DNA of 64,000 nucleotides, taken from NCBI GenBank assembly GCA_963836235.1, contig CAWIIP010000002.1, positions 1,600,001 through 1,664,000 of the forward strand, in the 5' to 3' direction. Below, in pieces: positions 19,424 to 29,031 of the stretch. The DNA is from an uncultured Pseudomonadota bacterium (GTDB lineage Bacteria > Oederibacteriota > Muellerivitia > Muellerivitales > Muellerivitaceae). How positions within the stretch are numbered: the stretch's first letter is position 1; each line of letters begins with the position of its first letter. The notes below the pieces were generated by a model, which worked only from the letters and a program-made list of their open reading frames with translations, ran no database searches and was not told the origin of the DNA. The position numbers and the translations under genes were made by a program.

Positions 19424-19726
19424 ATGATCAAGCATCTCGTATTGTGGAAATTAAAAGAGGCGGCGGAAGGAAAGAGCCGGCAGGAAAACGCCTTGGAGCT
19501 AAAAGCGGCCTTGGAAGGATTAAAAGGGAAGCTTCAGGAGATCCACGCGCTGGAAGTGGGTTTGAATTTTAATCCGGCGGACACGGCTTGCGACCTTTCC
19601 CTTTATTCCGAGTTCAAAACGAGGGAAGACCTGGAAAAGTACCAGAAGCATCCGGAACATTTGAGGGTCGTGGAGTTGGTGAAGAAGGTGACGATGGAGC
19701 GCCGTGTGTCGGATTACGAGGCTTAA
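19424..19726 (+). CDS. Dabb family stress-responsive A/B barrel protein
   Basis: MIKHLVLWKLK, YQKHPEH and a C-terminal SDYE. Confidence 0.9.
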   Translation: MIKHLVLWKLKEAAEGKSRQENALELKAALEGLKGKLQEIHALEVGLNFNPADTACDLSLYSEFKTREDLEKYQKHPEHLRVVELVKKVTMERRVSDYEA

Positions 19727-19804
19727 AATTTAGCCGCACATCAACGTGGATTGGCGCTGAAATTTTTTATCCGCGCCCATTAACGGTACCCTTAGGAGAC
19801 CCGA

Positions 19805-20689
19805 ATGCCGAAGAAAACTAAACCTGGATCCAAACTCCCTAAAACCGTTCAAAGCAAGTCCTCCGCTCCGGCGGCTAAGCCGTCCAAAATAAAATCCATC
19901 GGAGTGGCCAAGGGTCCTCTTAAGATCGCCACCTTCAACGCCAATTCCATTCGGATGCGGACCGGCATTATTTTAAACTGGCTGAAAAAAGAAAAACCGG
20001 ACGTCCTGGCGGTACAGGAAACGAAAGTTCAAGACCATGAATTCCCCCGTGAACCCTTCGAGGCCGCCGGATGGAACGTGGTCTTCCACGGGCAAAAAAG
20101 CTACAACGGCGTGGCCTTCATTTCCCAAAAGCCCGTCGAAAAGGTGGACATGGGTTTCTACAAGAAACCGGATGAGCAGGCCCGGTTTATCACCTGCGAA
20201 GTTGAGGGGGTCCAGCTTTTCAACACCTATATCCCGCAGGGATTCGACATCGAATCCGATAAATACCAGTACAAGCTCAAGTACCTGGCGGACCTGAAAA
20301 AATATTTCGAGAAGAACGTGCCGAACTCCAAGCCCGCCCTTTGGATGGGGGACCTCAACGTGGCGCGCACCGAAATCGACCTGAACAACCCCAAGGGTAA
20401 TAGGGACCATCCCTGCTTCCACGTCGACGCCCGCAACGCCCTGGAGGAAGTGATGAAAGGGAAATGGACCGACCTTTTTCGTGAAAAAGAAAAGGGGCCG
20501 GGCCACTATACTTTTTGGGACATGCGCCAGCCCGCCACTTTCGAGCGGAACCTGGGCTGGAGAATCGACCTGATCCTGGGAACCCCGCCCATGGTGGAAC
20601 GCCTTCAAAAAATATGGATCGATACCAAGCCCCGGGGTCTGGAAAAACCCTCCGACCATACCTTTTTAATCGCCGAATTTTCCCGGTAG
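19805..20689 (+). CDS. xth: Exodeoxyribonuclease III
   Basis: IATFNANSIR, QETK, YNGVA, GDLNVA, GWRIDLI and SDH motifs. Confidence 0.95.
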   Translation: MPKKTKPGSKLPKTVQSKSSAPAAKPSKIKSIGVAKGPLKIATFNANSIRMRTGIILNWLKKEKPDVLAVQETKVQDHEFPREPFEAAGWNVVFHGQKSYNGVAFISQKPVEKVDMGFYKKPDEQARFITCEVEGVQLFNTYIPQGFDIESDKYQYKLKYLADLKKYFEKNVPNSKPALWMGDLNVARTEIDLNNPKGNRDHPCFHVDARNALEEVMKGKWTDLFREKEKGPGHYTFWDMRQPATFERNLGWRIDLILGTPPMVERLQKIWIDTKPRGLEKPSDHTFLIAEFSR

Positions 20690-20772
20690 CACCCTAGGGG
20701 GTTCCTCCGCCGGGAAATACCTTGGATGGACATTTGGTTTTACTCGTTTTACCCCTTTTTTTCTTCCTTTCA

Positions 20773-20905
20773 TTGACTAATAAAACCCATGGGTAGATAA
20801 TCAATTTGGGCTGGATTTAAACCAGTTTCCTTCCGGAGTTGCCGCTCCCCCCTTTCTTTATTTCATGCTAAAATTCAGCTGAAAAACACCAGTTTTTGGA
20901 GCGGC
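20773..20905 (+). promoter_or_regulatory. Putative sigma70 promoter and structured 5' leader of the pilin cluster
   Basis: TTGACT-N17-GATAAT at 20773-20801. GCCGCTCC (20841-20848) is complementary to the RBS region GGAGCGGC (20898-20905). Confidence 0.4.
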
Positions 20906-20908
20906 GTC

Positions 20909-21901
20909 ATGGGTCATGCCTCGCGACAATCTAAGCTTTCACGATTCTCCAAAGCCTTTGGGCGGATATTGGGGGGGGTCTCCAAATCTCCTTCAAGACA
21001 TTCCTTATTCAAAATCAAAAATTCCCGTGGCTCGGCCCTGATGATGGCTTCCATTTTCATGCTGGTGGCGACGGTGCTCATTACCGTCGGTGTCAAGCTG
21101 GTCGCCAACGCTTCCCGGTCGGCTAAGGAAAAAGAACTTTATGTCGGCGAGGCCGAAAACGTCGCCCGCGCCGGGCTCATTGACGCGCTCGCTTGGTTCC
21201 GCCGGCAATCGGGCAACGGCGGTGTCGTCGCCGCTTATGAAGGTACGGCCTTACCAGGGCAAGGCTCCGTCACTTGGGCCACCAACCCCCAGCCCACGCC
21301 TCCCGCGGGCGCCGTATTTACCTACGTGGACCAACCTTTTGAGCCCGTCGGCAACACCAGCAATCCCCAAGTCGCTGACACCATCGACGCCTCCATCGGC
21401 CTCGTCGGCGAATATCCCTTGAGCGATCCGGTGACGGCCAATTGCCTTTATTGGGCCCGTTTCGAGGTGCCTATGCAGGGTTCCGGCACCCAGGTTACGA
21501 ACGCCGCGCACGACGTCACCGGGGAGCGCACCGGCAGTTACGTGAACGGCGACGGGTTGATTTGGTCCGTGACTTCGACGGGTTATGTTTATAAAAGGCT
21601 GATCCGAGTGAACAGTGGGGGAGAAACCGCCGTCGACCCCGCCGGCAACTGGGTAGTCCCCTATAACACCGTCACCAATCCCCCCAACTGTACTATTGTC
21701 GCCAAGGCCCAATTCACCACCGAGTTCCGAAAATTGGGCTTGAACCTTCCCGTACCCACTCCCGGCCCCACGGTGTATTCCTCGGGGCTTTACGTATACA
21801 ACGCGGGCCAATGCGTGACGTTGACTTCCAGCGAAAGCCTCCTGGATGGGGCGGTATCTGAAATCGATACCTTCGGGGTGATCGGGCTATCGAGTCCATA
21901 A
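20909..21901 (+). CDS. PilX/GspK-like minor pilin, N-terminal part
   Basis: Basic leader, G|SALMMASIFMLV hydrophobic helix without E5, 'A.NVARAGLIDA..W' PilX-N signature and 'VTSTGY' strand. Confidence 0.7.
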   Translation: MGHASRQSKLSRFSKAFGRILGGVSKSPSRHSLFKIKNSRGSALMMASIFMLVATVLITVGVKLVANASRSAKEKELYVGEAENVARAGLIDALAWFRRQSGNGGVVAAYEGTALPGQGSVTWATNPQPTPPAGAVFTYVDQPFEPVGNTSNPQVADTIDASIGLVGEYPLSDPVTANCLYWARFEVPMQGSGTQVTNAAHDVTGERTGSYVNGDGLIWSVTSTGYVYKRLIRVNSGGETAVDPAGNWVVPYNTVTNPPNCTIVAKAQFTTEFRKLGLNLPVPTPGPTVYSSGLYVYNAGQCVTLTSSESLLDGAVSEIDTFGVIGLSSP

Positions 21902-21963
21902 GGAAGCCGCCGAGCCGGTGGTTGTTCCACAAGAAGGGTTGAATTTTTCGAGGGAGTTGACAG

Positions 21964-23679
21964 ATGAGGGTTCGGGGTAAAAAAAATTTAGAAAGCGCCT
22001 TTGGCCAGGGTTTCCTGAAGCCATGGACCGCCCTTGTCCTGATTTTGTTTTTTCCGGCCCAAGGCTCCTTTGCCGCCCCCCCAACCTCCACACCAACCAA
22101 AACCCCCACCAGAACCATCACTCAAACCCCGACGAAAACCGCGTCCTTTACTCCGACCTTTACTCCCACCCAAACGGCCACCAATACTCCGACCAACACT
22201 ATTACCCAAACTTTAACGAACACCGCGACCAACACCACGACCGCTACGATTACCCAAACCTTAACGAAAACCGCGACTAATACCGCGACCAACACCACGA
22301 CCGCTACCATTACCCAAACCTTAACGAAAACCGCCACCAATACCCCCACCCCTACTTTTACCTTTACCCCGACCCTCACTCAAACGAACAGCACCACCAA
22401 CACCCCGACGAACACCACGACCGCTACCATTACCCAAACCTTGACGCAAACCGCCACTAAAACCACGACCGCTACCATCACCCAAACTTTAACGAACACC
22501 GCGACCCAAAGCCCAACGGGCACCGCTACCCCAACATTCACAAAAACCGCGACCTATACCATCACCCAAACCTTAACCAAAACCCCGACCGGCACCCCCA
22601 GCTTCAGCCCGACGACCACTTTCTCTTTCACCACGACCAACACCACCACGAATACTTTCACTCGTACAGCGACCTATACTTTCACCAATACCGCGACTTT
22701 CACCCCCACTAAAACTTGCACCTACACCGCGACATACACCTTAACCTATACCGCCACCAACACCCGAACCGCTACCCCCTCCTTTACCCCGACCAAAACG
22801 CCGACCTCAACTCGAACCTATACCCCCACCGCGACCGCCACCAATACCGTGTGCTTCGTTATTATTGGCGGGGTTGAAGTGGCCTGTACCAATACGCCAG
22901 GAATACCCACAAATACCTTCACCCCCTACATCACCCCCACCCCCACCATCACCCATACCCCGACCAATACCCGGACCTTCACCCTTACTCCCACCATCAC
23001 CAATACCCCGACTCCCTGTTACATCACCAGTGGCGGCGGAGTGAAAACCCTCTGTACTTGCAATGAGCCTCAAGGGGCCGATACGACCGACTTCGAGGGC
23101 GGGGTCAAATGCTTTGAAGGACCCGTTTCCCTCCTTTCCGCGAACAGCGTCTTTGGAATGTCCCTGGCCGACGTCAAAAACATCGCCGACTATATCGGCA
23201 GTTCCTCCAGCGGGCAGTCCGTCGTCCTGAATATCGCCTCCGATTGGAAACTATCCTATTTCGATGGGGACCTCACCTATGGCCCCGACCAACCCTATCC
23301 CTATACCACCCTGGGCGCCCCTAAAACCGACACCACCCCCGCCACCAGCGGGTTTGGGATCCTGGTCGTCAATGGCGACCTGACCCTGGAAGGGGCCAGT
23401 GGAAGCACCCTCCCCAGTTCCTGGGGCGGAGTCATTTTTTGCACCGGCAACATGTTCGTGGGGGACGGCTGCGCCATCAACGGGGCGGTCATTTTGGGAA
23501 CCCCCAATTACCATGGAGGGGCCAACTACGGAACCATCACCCTGAAGGGAAGCTCGGGAAATTTCGGGCAGGTCATCTACAGCCCCACCCTGGTGACGTC
23601 GGCTGAGGAACTGGTGGGCGTGTACCGGGAAGACATCAGTGAAACGAAGAAACTGCTGGCGATTCCCTTTTCCCAATAG
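21964..23679 (+). CDS. Secreted Thr-rich (TxT) stalk protein carrying a PilX-type C-terminal beta-helix
   Basis: Signal-like segment WTALVLILFFPAQGSFA|APP, then ~310 aa of Thr-rich repeats, then GILVVNGDLTL..WGGVIFCTGN..INGAVI..VIYSP. Confidence 0.65.
   Translation: MRVRGKKNLESAFGQGFLKPWTALVLILFFPAQGSFAAPPTSTPTKTPTRTITQTPTKTASFTPTFTPTQTATNTPTNTITQTLTNTATNTTTATITQTLTKTATNTATNTTTATITQTLTKTATNTPTPTFTFTPTLTQTNSTTNTPTNTTTATITQTLTQTATKTTTATITQTLTNTATQSPTGTATPTFTKTATYTITQTLTKTPTGTPSFSPTTTFSFTTTNTTTNTFTRTATYTFTNTATFTPTKTCTYTATYTLTYTATNTRTATPSFTPTKTPTSTRTYTPTATATNTVCFVIIGGVEVACTNTPGIPTNTFTPYITPTPTITHTPTNTRTFTLTPTITNTPTPCYITSGGGVKTLCTCNEPQGADTTDFEGGVKCFEGPVSLLSANSVFGMSLADVKNIADYIGSSSSGQSVVLNIASDWKLSYFDGDLTYGPDQPYPYTTLGAPKTDTTPATSGFGILVVNGDLTLEGASGSTLPSSWGGVIFCTGNMFVGDGCAINGAVILGTPNYHGGANYGTITLKGSSGNFGQVIYSPTLVTSAEELVGVYREDISETKKLLAIPFSQ
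22081..23018 (+). repeat. Coding imperfect tandem repeats (TITQTLT[N/K]TATNTTTA-type units)
   Basis: Recurring ATTACCCAAAC(C/T)TTAACGAA(A/C)ACCGC and AACACCACGACCGCTAC units. Extreme A/C strand bias. Confidence 0.9.
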
Positions 23680-23702
23680 GGAAAACCGAAGGGTTTAAAA
23701 AC

Positions 23703-26700
23703 ATGCGTATCAAAAAACTTTCCCAAGCCGGGTTCAGCCTGGTTGAACTGTTGATCGCGGTAGGCATCATGGCGGGCCTGGCCTCCACCGTGATGATGGC
23801 CCGGTCCTACATGGCCAAGCAGACGGTCGCCACCAGCGACAAGGCCTACGCCACGCAAAAGGCCATCCAAATGTTCGAGGAGCTCAAGGCCCTGGTGAAC
23901 GGCAGCGAGACCTCGATCAACCTTTTGGACAATTACAGCGACGGCACCGGCTACAACGCGGTCCTCACCACGGATAAAACCGTGGATACGGGCCTGGCTT
24001 CCGCCAATCCGGCGAATTCCCTGAGCGGAAACAAGCCCACCCAAAGCGGGGCTTGGCGCTATCTGCGGCAGATCCAGGTCAACCATTTGGGCAACGACGC
24101 CTTCACCCGCCAGATCATCATCAAGGTTTGGCTCTACCAGTCGGACACCAATCCCAACCTGCCCGGCACGCTGTTAAGCGAGGTGGGCGGCAACCTGAGG
24201 ACCATCGCCAGCACTTTCCCGCCGACGCAGGTCATGGACGTTTACGTGCTGGCCATCAACAACATCGCCGGCTGGTGGGCCCATGAGCCGGTTCTTTACC
24301 AGACCTTCCAGAGCATCATCAACAACATCCAAACCCGCAATCCGGGGCTGGAATTGCGGCCCCACTATATCACCCGCACTTCCTACGGCCGCGACAGCCA
24401 ATATCAGCCTTATATCAACATTTATCCTTATAACACCGACGGTAATAACGACGTCACCGGCGCCGCCGTCACCAACGGCACCACGGTCGGAAATTTCCCC
24501 TTCGTTTACATGTACCCCGGCTATACCCTCGAGGATACCGCCGACGGAAGCGTGAGCGACAGCTTTTTCGACCCCGGGTTGGAACAATCTCCGCCACTGG
24601 GAGTCTGCCTGGACGGGAATTTCAACGTGGGGGGCTCTTTCGAAAACACCGGCCTGCAATTCACCGGCTGCCCCAATTACGCCGTGGCGGACCAGTACAA
24701 CAACAGCATGCGCTACCCCGACGAGCTGGCCATGTACCAGGCCGTTACCGCCGCCGCCGCCGCCGACAACGCCTCGGGCGTCACGACCGCTTACCTTCCG
24801 GCCCAGGATTCGGTCACCGAAATCAGCTGGCGCATGCTGATGGAAGGCATGTTGGACCAGCCCGCCTCCTTCACCAACGCCATGGTCATCAACCTGCACG
24901 GGGAAAACCTGCCCCTGCCGCCCATGCGCAACTACTCGGACGCCGCCAAAGACCCAGGCAGTTTGGACCTCGCCGGCAACCCCGGTGTCCCCGCCAACAC
25001 CAACATCCGGGTGGTCACCCACCCACAAATGCTCTACTACCCTGGCGCCTCCTCGATCGCCACCAGCGTCGCGGTTACCTTGAATGTCTACTCTTATTAC
25101 GCCGGATTGGACGATATCTCCACTTTAGACACGCTTTATCCCCCGGCCAACGACCCGAAAACCGACATCAGCCTTTTCTTCCCGGACCTTACCACCGATA
25201 CCCAGGTTTTGGGGGTTACCGCCATCGTCGGCAACTCGAATACGGCCTCCAACGTGGCCCCGGCCACGGGTCCCGTCATTTATAACTACGACAAGTTCGC
25301 CGCCTTTCCCATCGCCCCCGGCACGGCCGGACTTTATTCCGGTTCCCTCGCGGATGGAACCAACATCACGGGCCAAGGCCCCGTTCAAGTGAGCGTTACC
25401 TATGTGGGGCCCAATAAGCAATTGCTGATCACGCTTTACAATTCGCGTTTGCGCTGTCCCAACGGCGAGGCCTCGGTTGGGGGGAATAACGCCGGCTTAT
25501 CCGCCCTGGACCGTTTATACGGCCTGGAATATATTCCCTGCAGTCCGGACATGAAAAAATTAACCAGCCCGGTTACCTTCACGGCTTCCGATTTGACCCT
25601 CTCCGCCGGCGCCCCCGCGGCCAAAAACACGGCCCGATGGCTGGTGAGCCTTTCCATGCCCATCACCTCGGCCTTTCCCAACGTCGCTCCCGGCGCGCCC
25701 TTAACCATCCAGAACGTCTCGGGAGTTTCCGTTTACACTTCCCCCCAGACTTTCACCGGCATCCACACCATCGAAACCCGCATCGGCGCCAATAATTACA
25801 CCAGCGATACCGTCAGCATCAACACCAGCACAGGCACCCCCGTCACCACCATCGTCGGCGCTCCCAGCGACCTTTCCCGAACCTATGTATGGACCGGCTG
25901 GTCTTCCATCTCAGCAAGCGGCGTCACCCAGGGTGTCTACCCGCCCACCACCGAACAATACCAGTTCCTGGGCGACCCCCGGCATGAACCCTACCTGGAC
26001 GTCAAAGTAGGGGGTATCAATAACGGACAGGCCGTCGTCATCCAGCCCAACGGATACAACTGGTGGTTCAAGAACGGGACCAGCGGGGGAGCGGCCCCCA
26101 ATATGTTCACCGACGGCTACAACGGATTCACCGCGGCGGGAAATACCAACGGCTGGTCGGGAAGCGACGCCACTTTTATCGATGTTCCCCGGTTCCATCA
26201 AATGATCCGGCAAGGGCTTTTAAACAGCACCAGCATCTGGACCACCATGAACGGCTATACCTATTACTATTTCGGCTTGGGAGGGGAATTCGGATCGGAC
26301 CAGCCGCCTTTCTCCCACGGCCTTACCATCAATTCCACGGTCTACAACACCACGTCCACGAGCGGGGTTACCCAGGCCTCGGAAATGGTCAATTGGAACA
26401 ACGCCCAGCTTTATAACGTCCATATTCCGGCCAACACGGTCAACACTTGGTACGCCAAAACCTGGCTGGGGGAGCTTTATCCCGACGGCATGGTCGCCGC
26501 CTGGAACACTTATGGAAACCTTCCCGTGGCCAACATTGGGGGGCCGACTTCCCTCACTTTTTACCGGCAGGATTACGCCAATCTTCCTACCGAAGTTTCC
26601 GCGACCATCTCCAACGAGTCCGGCCAATCCTTGAACGGGTTGGGACGCCTGCAAAGCAACCGGCTGGGCCCGAACGGCTGTTCGTCCTTTTACCAGGGCG

Positions 26701-27746
26701 CGACCAGTGGCGTCACGGCGAACGGAACCATGAACCATGATTCGGCCACCGATACCGACACCAGCAGCAATTTGGCCGTCTCCTGTTACAACATTTACGA
26801 GTATCCCCTGCCGTCCGACGTGGTCAACGCCAACAGTAACGGGCGTCCTTGGCACTTGAATGACAAAGGAAACAATCCCCCCCAATTTGGGACCGCGCCT
26901 TATAACACCTATAACACCCTGGCCATCCCCTCGGTCGGGGCGACCTCTCGCATTTTTTACACGACCAGCAATAACTCCCCGACGGACACGGGAACAGGGG
27001 TGGTCCAGATCACCAATACCAACGTGACCCCGAACCAGGTCGCCTATGTGGTGGAATCGGGGCTTTCCATTTCCGCCCAAGTGGGCACCTCCGACCTGGG
27101 CGAAACGGCCCTGGTGGCCATGCTCAGGACCTTTTTGGACGGCGGACTCCTGGCGGCTTCCGGAAGCCCCGGCCATGTTCGCCAGATTCCCCTGGTCGAG
27201 CTTTATACCGACAGCCCTTCCAACCAGTATTACCAACCCACCAGCATCGACCTCTTCGTGGATGGGGCGGTGACGACCGGAACCGCCGCCCCGGTCACGA
27301 CCACGGGCGGCGCCGTCACCAGTATCTATGTCGGGCCCACCAACAACGTTTGGTTCCGTTTTCCGGGACTCACCTCCACGACGGCCAATGTTTACACCGA
27401 GGAATATCCCGGCTATCCCACCCTTTCCAGCAGCACCTACGAGGAAACCAGCGGCGGGACAGCCCTTCCGCTGGAGATGAACTTTCTCTATTCCACCGAC
27501 AGCGGAAATACCTGGCTGTATATGAGCAGCAATCCTGCCTATAACGGGCAAGTCCATCAAAAGGGGATTTTAAATACAAACGTCAACGTGATGCAAACCT
27601 CCAATAGCTTTCCCTTTGCCTTCAACTGGACGGGCCCACCAGGCGGTTTTTCACAGGGTAATTTGTATTTTATGGTCGAAGCCTACCGGGAGGGCTATCC
27701 GCTGAATTATGCTTACCACGTCCTTACCGTTTCGGTGGATGAATGA
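23703..27746 (+). CDS. Giant (1347 aa) prepilin-type N-methylation protein, PilV/GspI-like N-terminus with large unknown C-terminal region
   Basis: AG|FSLVELLIAVGIMAGL class III signal peptide, followed by ~1150 aa of Thr/Ser/Asn/Gly-rich extracellular sequence. Confidence 0.85.
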   Translation: MRIKKLSQAGFSLVELLIAVGIMAGLASTVMMARSYMAKQTVATSDKAYATQKAIQMFEELKALVNGSETSINLLDNYSDGTGYNAVLTTDKTVDTGLASANPANSLSGNKPTQSGAWRYLRQIQVNHLGNDAFTRQIIIKVWLYQSDTNPNLPGTLLSEVGGNLRTIASTFPPTQVMDVYVLAINNIAGWWAHEPVLYQTFQSIINNIQTRNPGLELRPHYITRTSYGRDSQYQPYINIYPYNTDGNNDVTGAAVTNGTTVGNFPFVYMYPGYTLEDTADGSVSDSFFDPGLEQSPPLGVCLDGNFNVGGSFENTGLQFTGCPNYAVADQYNNSMRYPDELAMYQAVTAAAAADNASGVTTAYLPAQDSVTEISWRMLMEGMLDQPASFTNAMVINLHGENLPLPPMRNYSDAAKDPGSLDLAGNPGVPANTNIRVVTHPQMLYYPGASSIATSVAVTLNVYSYYAGLDDISTLDTLYPPANDPKTDISLFFPDLTTDTQVLGVTAIVGNSNTASNVAPATGPVIYNYDKFAAFPIAPGTAGLYSGSLADGTNITGQGPVQVSVTYVGPNKQLLITLYNSRLRCPNGEASVGGNNAGLSALDRLYGLEYIPCSPDMKKLTSPVTFTASDLTLSAGAPAAKNTARWLVSLSMPITSAFPNVAPGAPLTIQNVSGVSVYTSPQTFTGIHTIETRIGANNYTSDTVSINTSTGTPVTTIVGAPSDLSRTYVWTGWSSISASGVTQGVYPPTTEQYQFLGDPRHEPYLDVKVGGINNGQAVVIQPNGYNWWFKNGTSGGAAPNMFTDGYNGFTAAGNTNGWSGSDATFIDVPRFHQMIRQGLLNSTSIWTTMNGYTYYYFGLGGEFGSDQPPFSHGLTINSTVYNTTSTSGVTQASEMVNWNNAQLYNVHIPANTVNTWYAKTWLGELYPDGMVAAWNTYGNLPVANIGGPTSLTFYRQDYANLPTEVSATISNESGQSLNGLGRLQSNRLGPNGCSSFYQGATSGVTANGTMNHDSATDTDTSSNLAVSCYNIYEYPLPSDVVNANSNGRPWHLNDKGNNPPQFGTAPYNTYNTLAIPSVGATSRIFYTTSNNSPTDTGTGVVQITNTNVTPNQVAYVVESGLSISAQVGTSDLGETALVAMLRTFLDGGLLAASGSPGHVRQIPLVELYTDSPSNQYYQPTSIDLFVDGAVTTGTAAPVTTTGGAVTSIYVGPTNNVWFRFPGLTSTTANVYTEEYPGYPTLSSSTYEETSGGTALPLEMNFLYSTDSGNTWLYMSSNPAYNGQVHQKGILNTNVNVMQTSNSFPFAFNWTGPPGGFSQGNLYFMVEAYREGYPLNYAYHVLTVSVDE

Positions 27747-27753
27747 GGCGGAT

Positions 27754-28992
27754 ATGACAAAAAAAAGAAAAGTTTTAAGTTTTAAATCCTTCCTTTCGGC
27801 TTTCGGAGGCTTTTCCCGCCGGAAGCCCATAAACCCCTGTAACCCAGAACCCAAAACTCAGAACTCAAAACTGAATGAGAAGGGCTGGACTCTGATCGAG
27901 CTGATGCTGGTCACGGCTTTGATCGCCATCATCACCCCGGCCATCACCTACCTTTTCAGCAAAGTCCAGCAGGGCATGGCCGCCGACGAAATGCACCTCC
28001 AACTGCAGTCCCTGAACGAGCAAACCATGCTTCGCATGCACGAAAAGCTGATCACCGGCCGCCATTTATTCCAGGGGGACTCCTCGGGTGTTTCCTATTT
28101 GGGATGCGTGACATTAGGCATGTCGTCCAACACCAAGAGCCTCTACCCGATCCTTACCGGCACCCAGCTGCCATCGGATTTTCCGGCCAGCCTTACCGCG
28201 TCCTTTTCCCCCTCCACGATCCTCGCGCCCTATTACGGCAACAGCATCCTCGTGGGTGGCTACGATACCCCCCAAACTTTCGGCACCAAAATTTATAACG
28301 CCCCTGCCACCGCCACCAGCACCGCCTCGATCCCGGTCATATATAGCAATGGGACTCTCGCCACGCAAATCATCGACCTTTACCGCTTTACCTACTATTA
28401 CCTGACGGCCAATAATCCCAGAACCCTGAGGGGCGTGCCGAGCTACGGGCTGGTGGAATGGCAGAGCGTCCAATTCGCCGATATGAACGAGATCAATGAA
28501 ATTACCGATCCCACCCTCCTTACCTGCGTCATCATGTGGCTGGAAACTCCTGGCAATGTTTCCCCCAATGACCCCAGCTATGCTGTGACCTGGGGCTGGG
28601 ATCCCACCCAGGCCGATCCTCAATCCTATCCCAGCCTTAATCAGGCGGCTTTTTACACCTTCAGCGGAGGCAACGCCAGTACGGCGAATTGGCCTGTCAC
28701 CATCCAAGAAGGAACTGTCACCTACTTGACCCATACTTCCTCCGGCCTCCTGAGCAACGGCTTTTTTTACGGGATCAGCCCCAACACCTCGCTTTGGGGC
28801 GGAACCCCGGACTCGGTGCCCGAATATGGGGTGAGCTCGGGCAGTTTTCCGGGCGGGTTCGAGACGGGAATTTCTGGAACCTCGGGAGGAACGGAAGTGA
28901 TGATTCGGTCCCTCCTGGTGGCGCAAGGTTCCGCCCCCCGGGTGGTTTGGAACGACCAGACGATGGTCAATAACGTGCGTAATATCTGGTAA
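27754..28992 (+). CDS. PilW/GspJ-like minor pilin
   Basis: KG|WTLIELMLVTALIAII (E5 present, Trp at +1). ATG 27754 follows GAGG. Confidence 0.8.
   Translation: MTKKRKVLSFKSFLSAFGGFSRRKPINPCNPEPKTQNSKLNEKGWTLIELMLVTALIAIITPAITYLFSKVQQGMAADEMHLQLQSLNEQTMLRMHEKLITGRHLFQGDSSGVSYLGCVTLGMSSNTKSLYPILTGTQLPSDFPASLTASFSPSTILAPYYGNSILVGGYDTPQTFGTKIYNAPATATSTASIPVIYSNGTLATQIIDLYRFTYYYLTANNPRTLRGVPSYGLVEWQSVQFADMNEINEITDPTLLTCVIMWLETPGNVSPNDPSYAVTWGWDPTQADPQSYPSLNQAAFYTFSGGNASTANWPVTIQEGTVTYLTHTSSGLLSNGFFYGISPNTSLWGGTPDSVPEYGVSSGSFPGGFETGISGTSGGTEVMIRSLLVAQGSAPRVVWNDQTMVNNVRNIW
27771..27875. repeat. Inverted heptamer-repeat element inside pilin leader
   Basis: AGTTTTA x2 ... AACCCAG AACCCAA AACTCAG AACTCAA AACTGAA. 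Confidence 0.7.
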
Positions 28993-29031
28993 GGGGCTTG
29001 AAAGCCCCGCCGGTAAACCTCAAAAGAAATT

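Noticed and set aside
21896-21966. Programmed readthrough, frameshift or ribosomal hop joining the two PilX-like ORFs
   Set aside because: All three frames hit stops by 21980, no slippery site is evident and ORF2 has its own RBS; the hairpin alone is insufficient evidence.
22081-23018. Repeat region as CRISPR array or non-coding repeat locus
   Set aside because: Units are in-frame codon repeats with wobble variation, there are no unique spacers and no cas genes.
26220-27560. 446-aa minus-strand ORF (also 24174-25028, 28114-28926, 48890-49915, 19973-20659)
   Set aside because: Antisense shadows of well-supported plus-strand genes with GC-rich third positions; no motifs.
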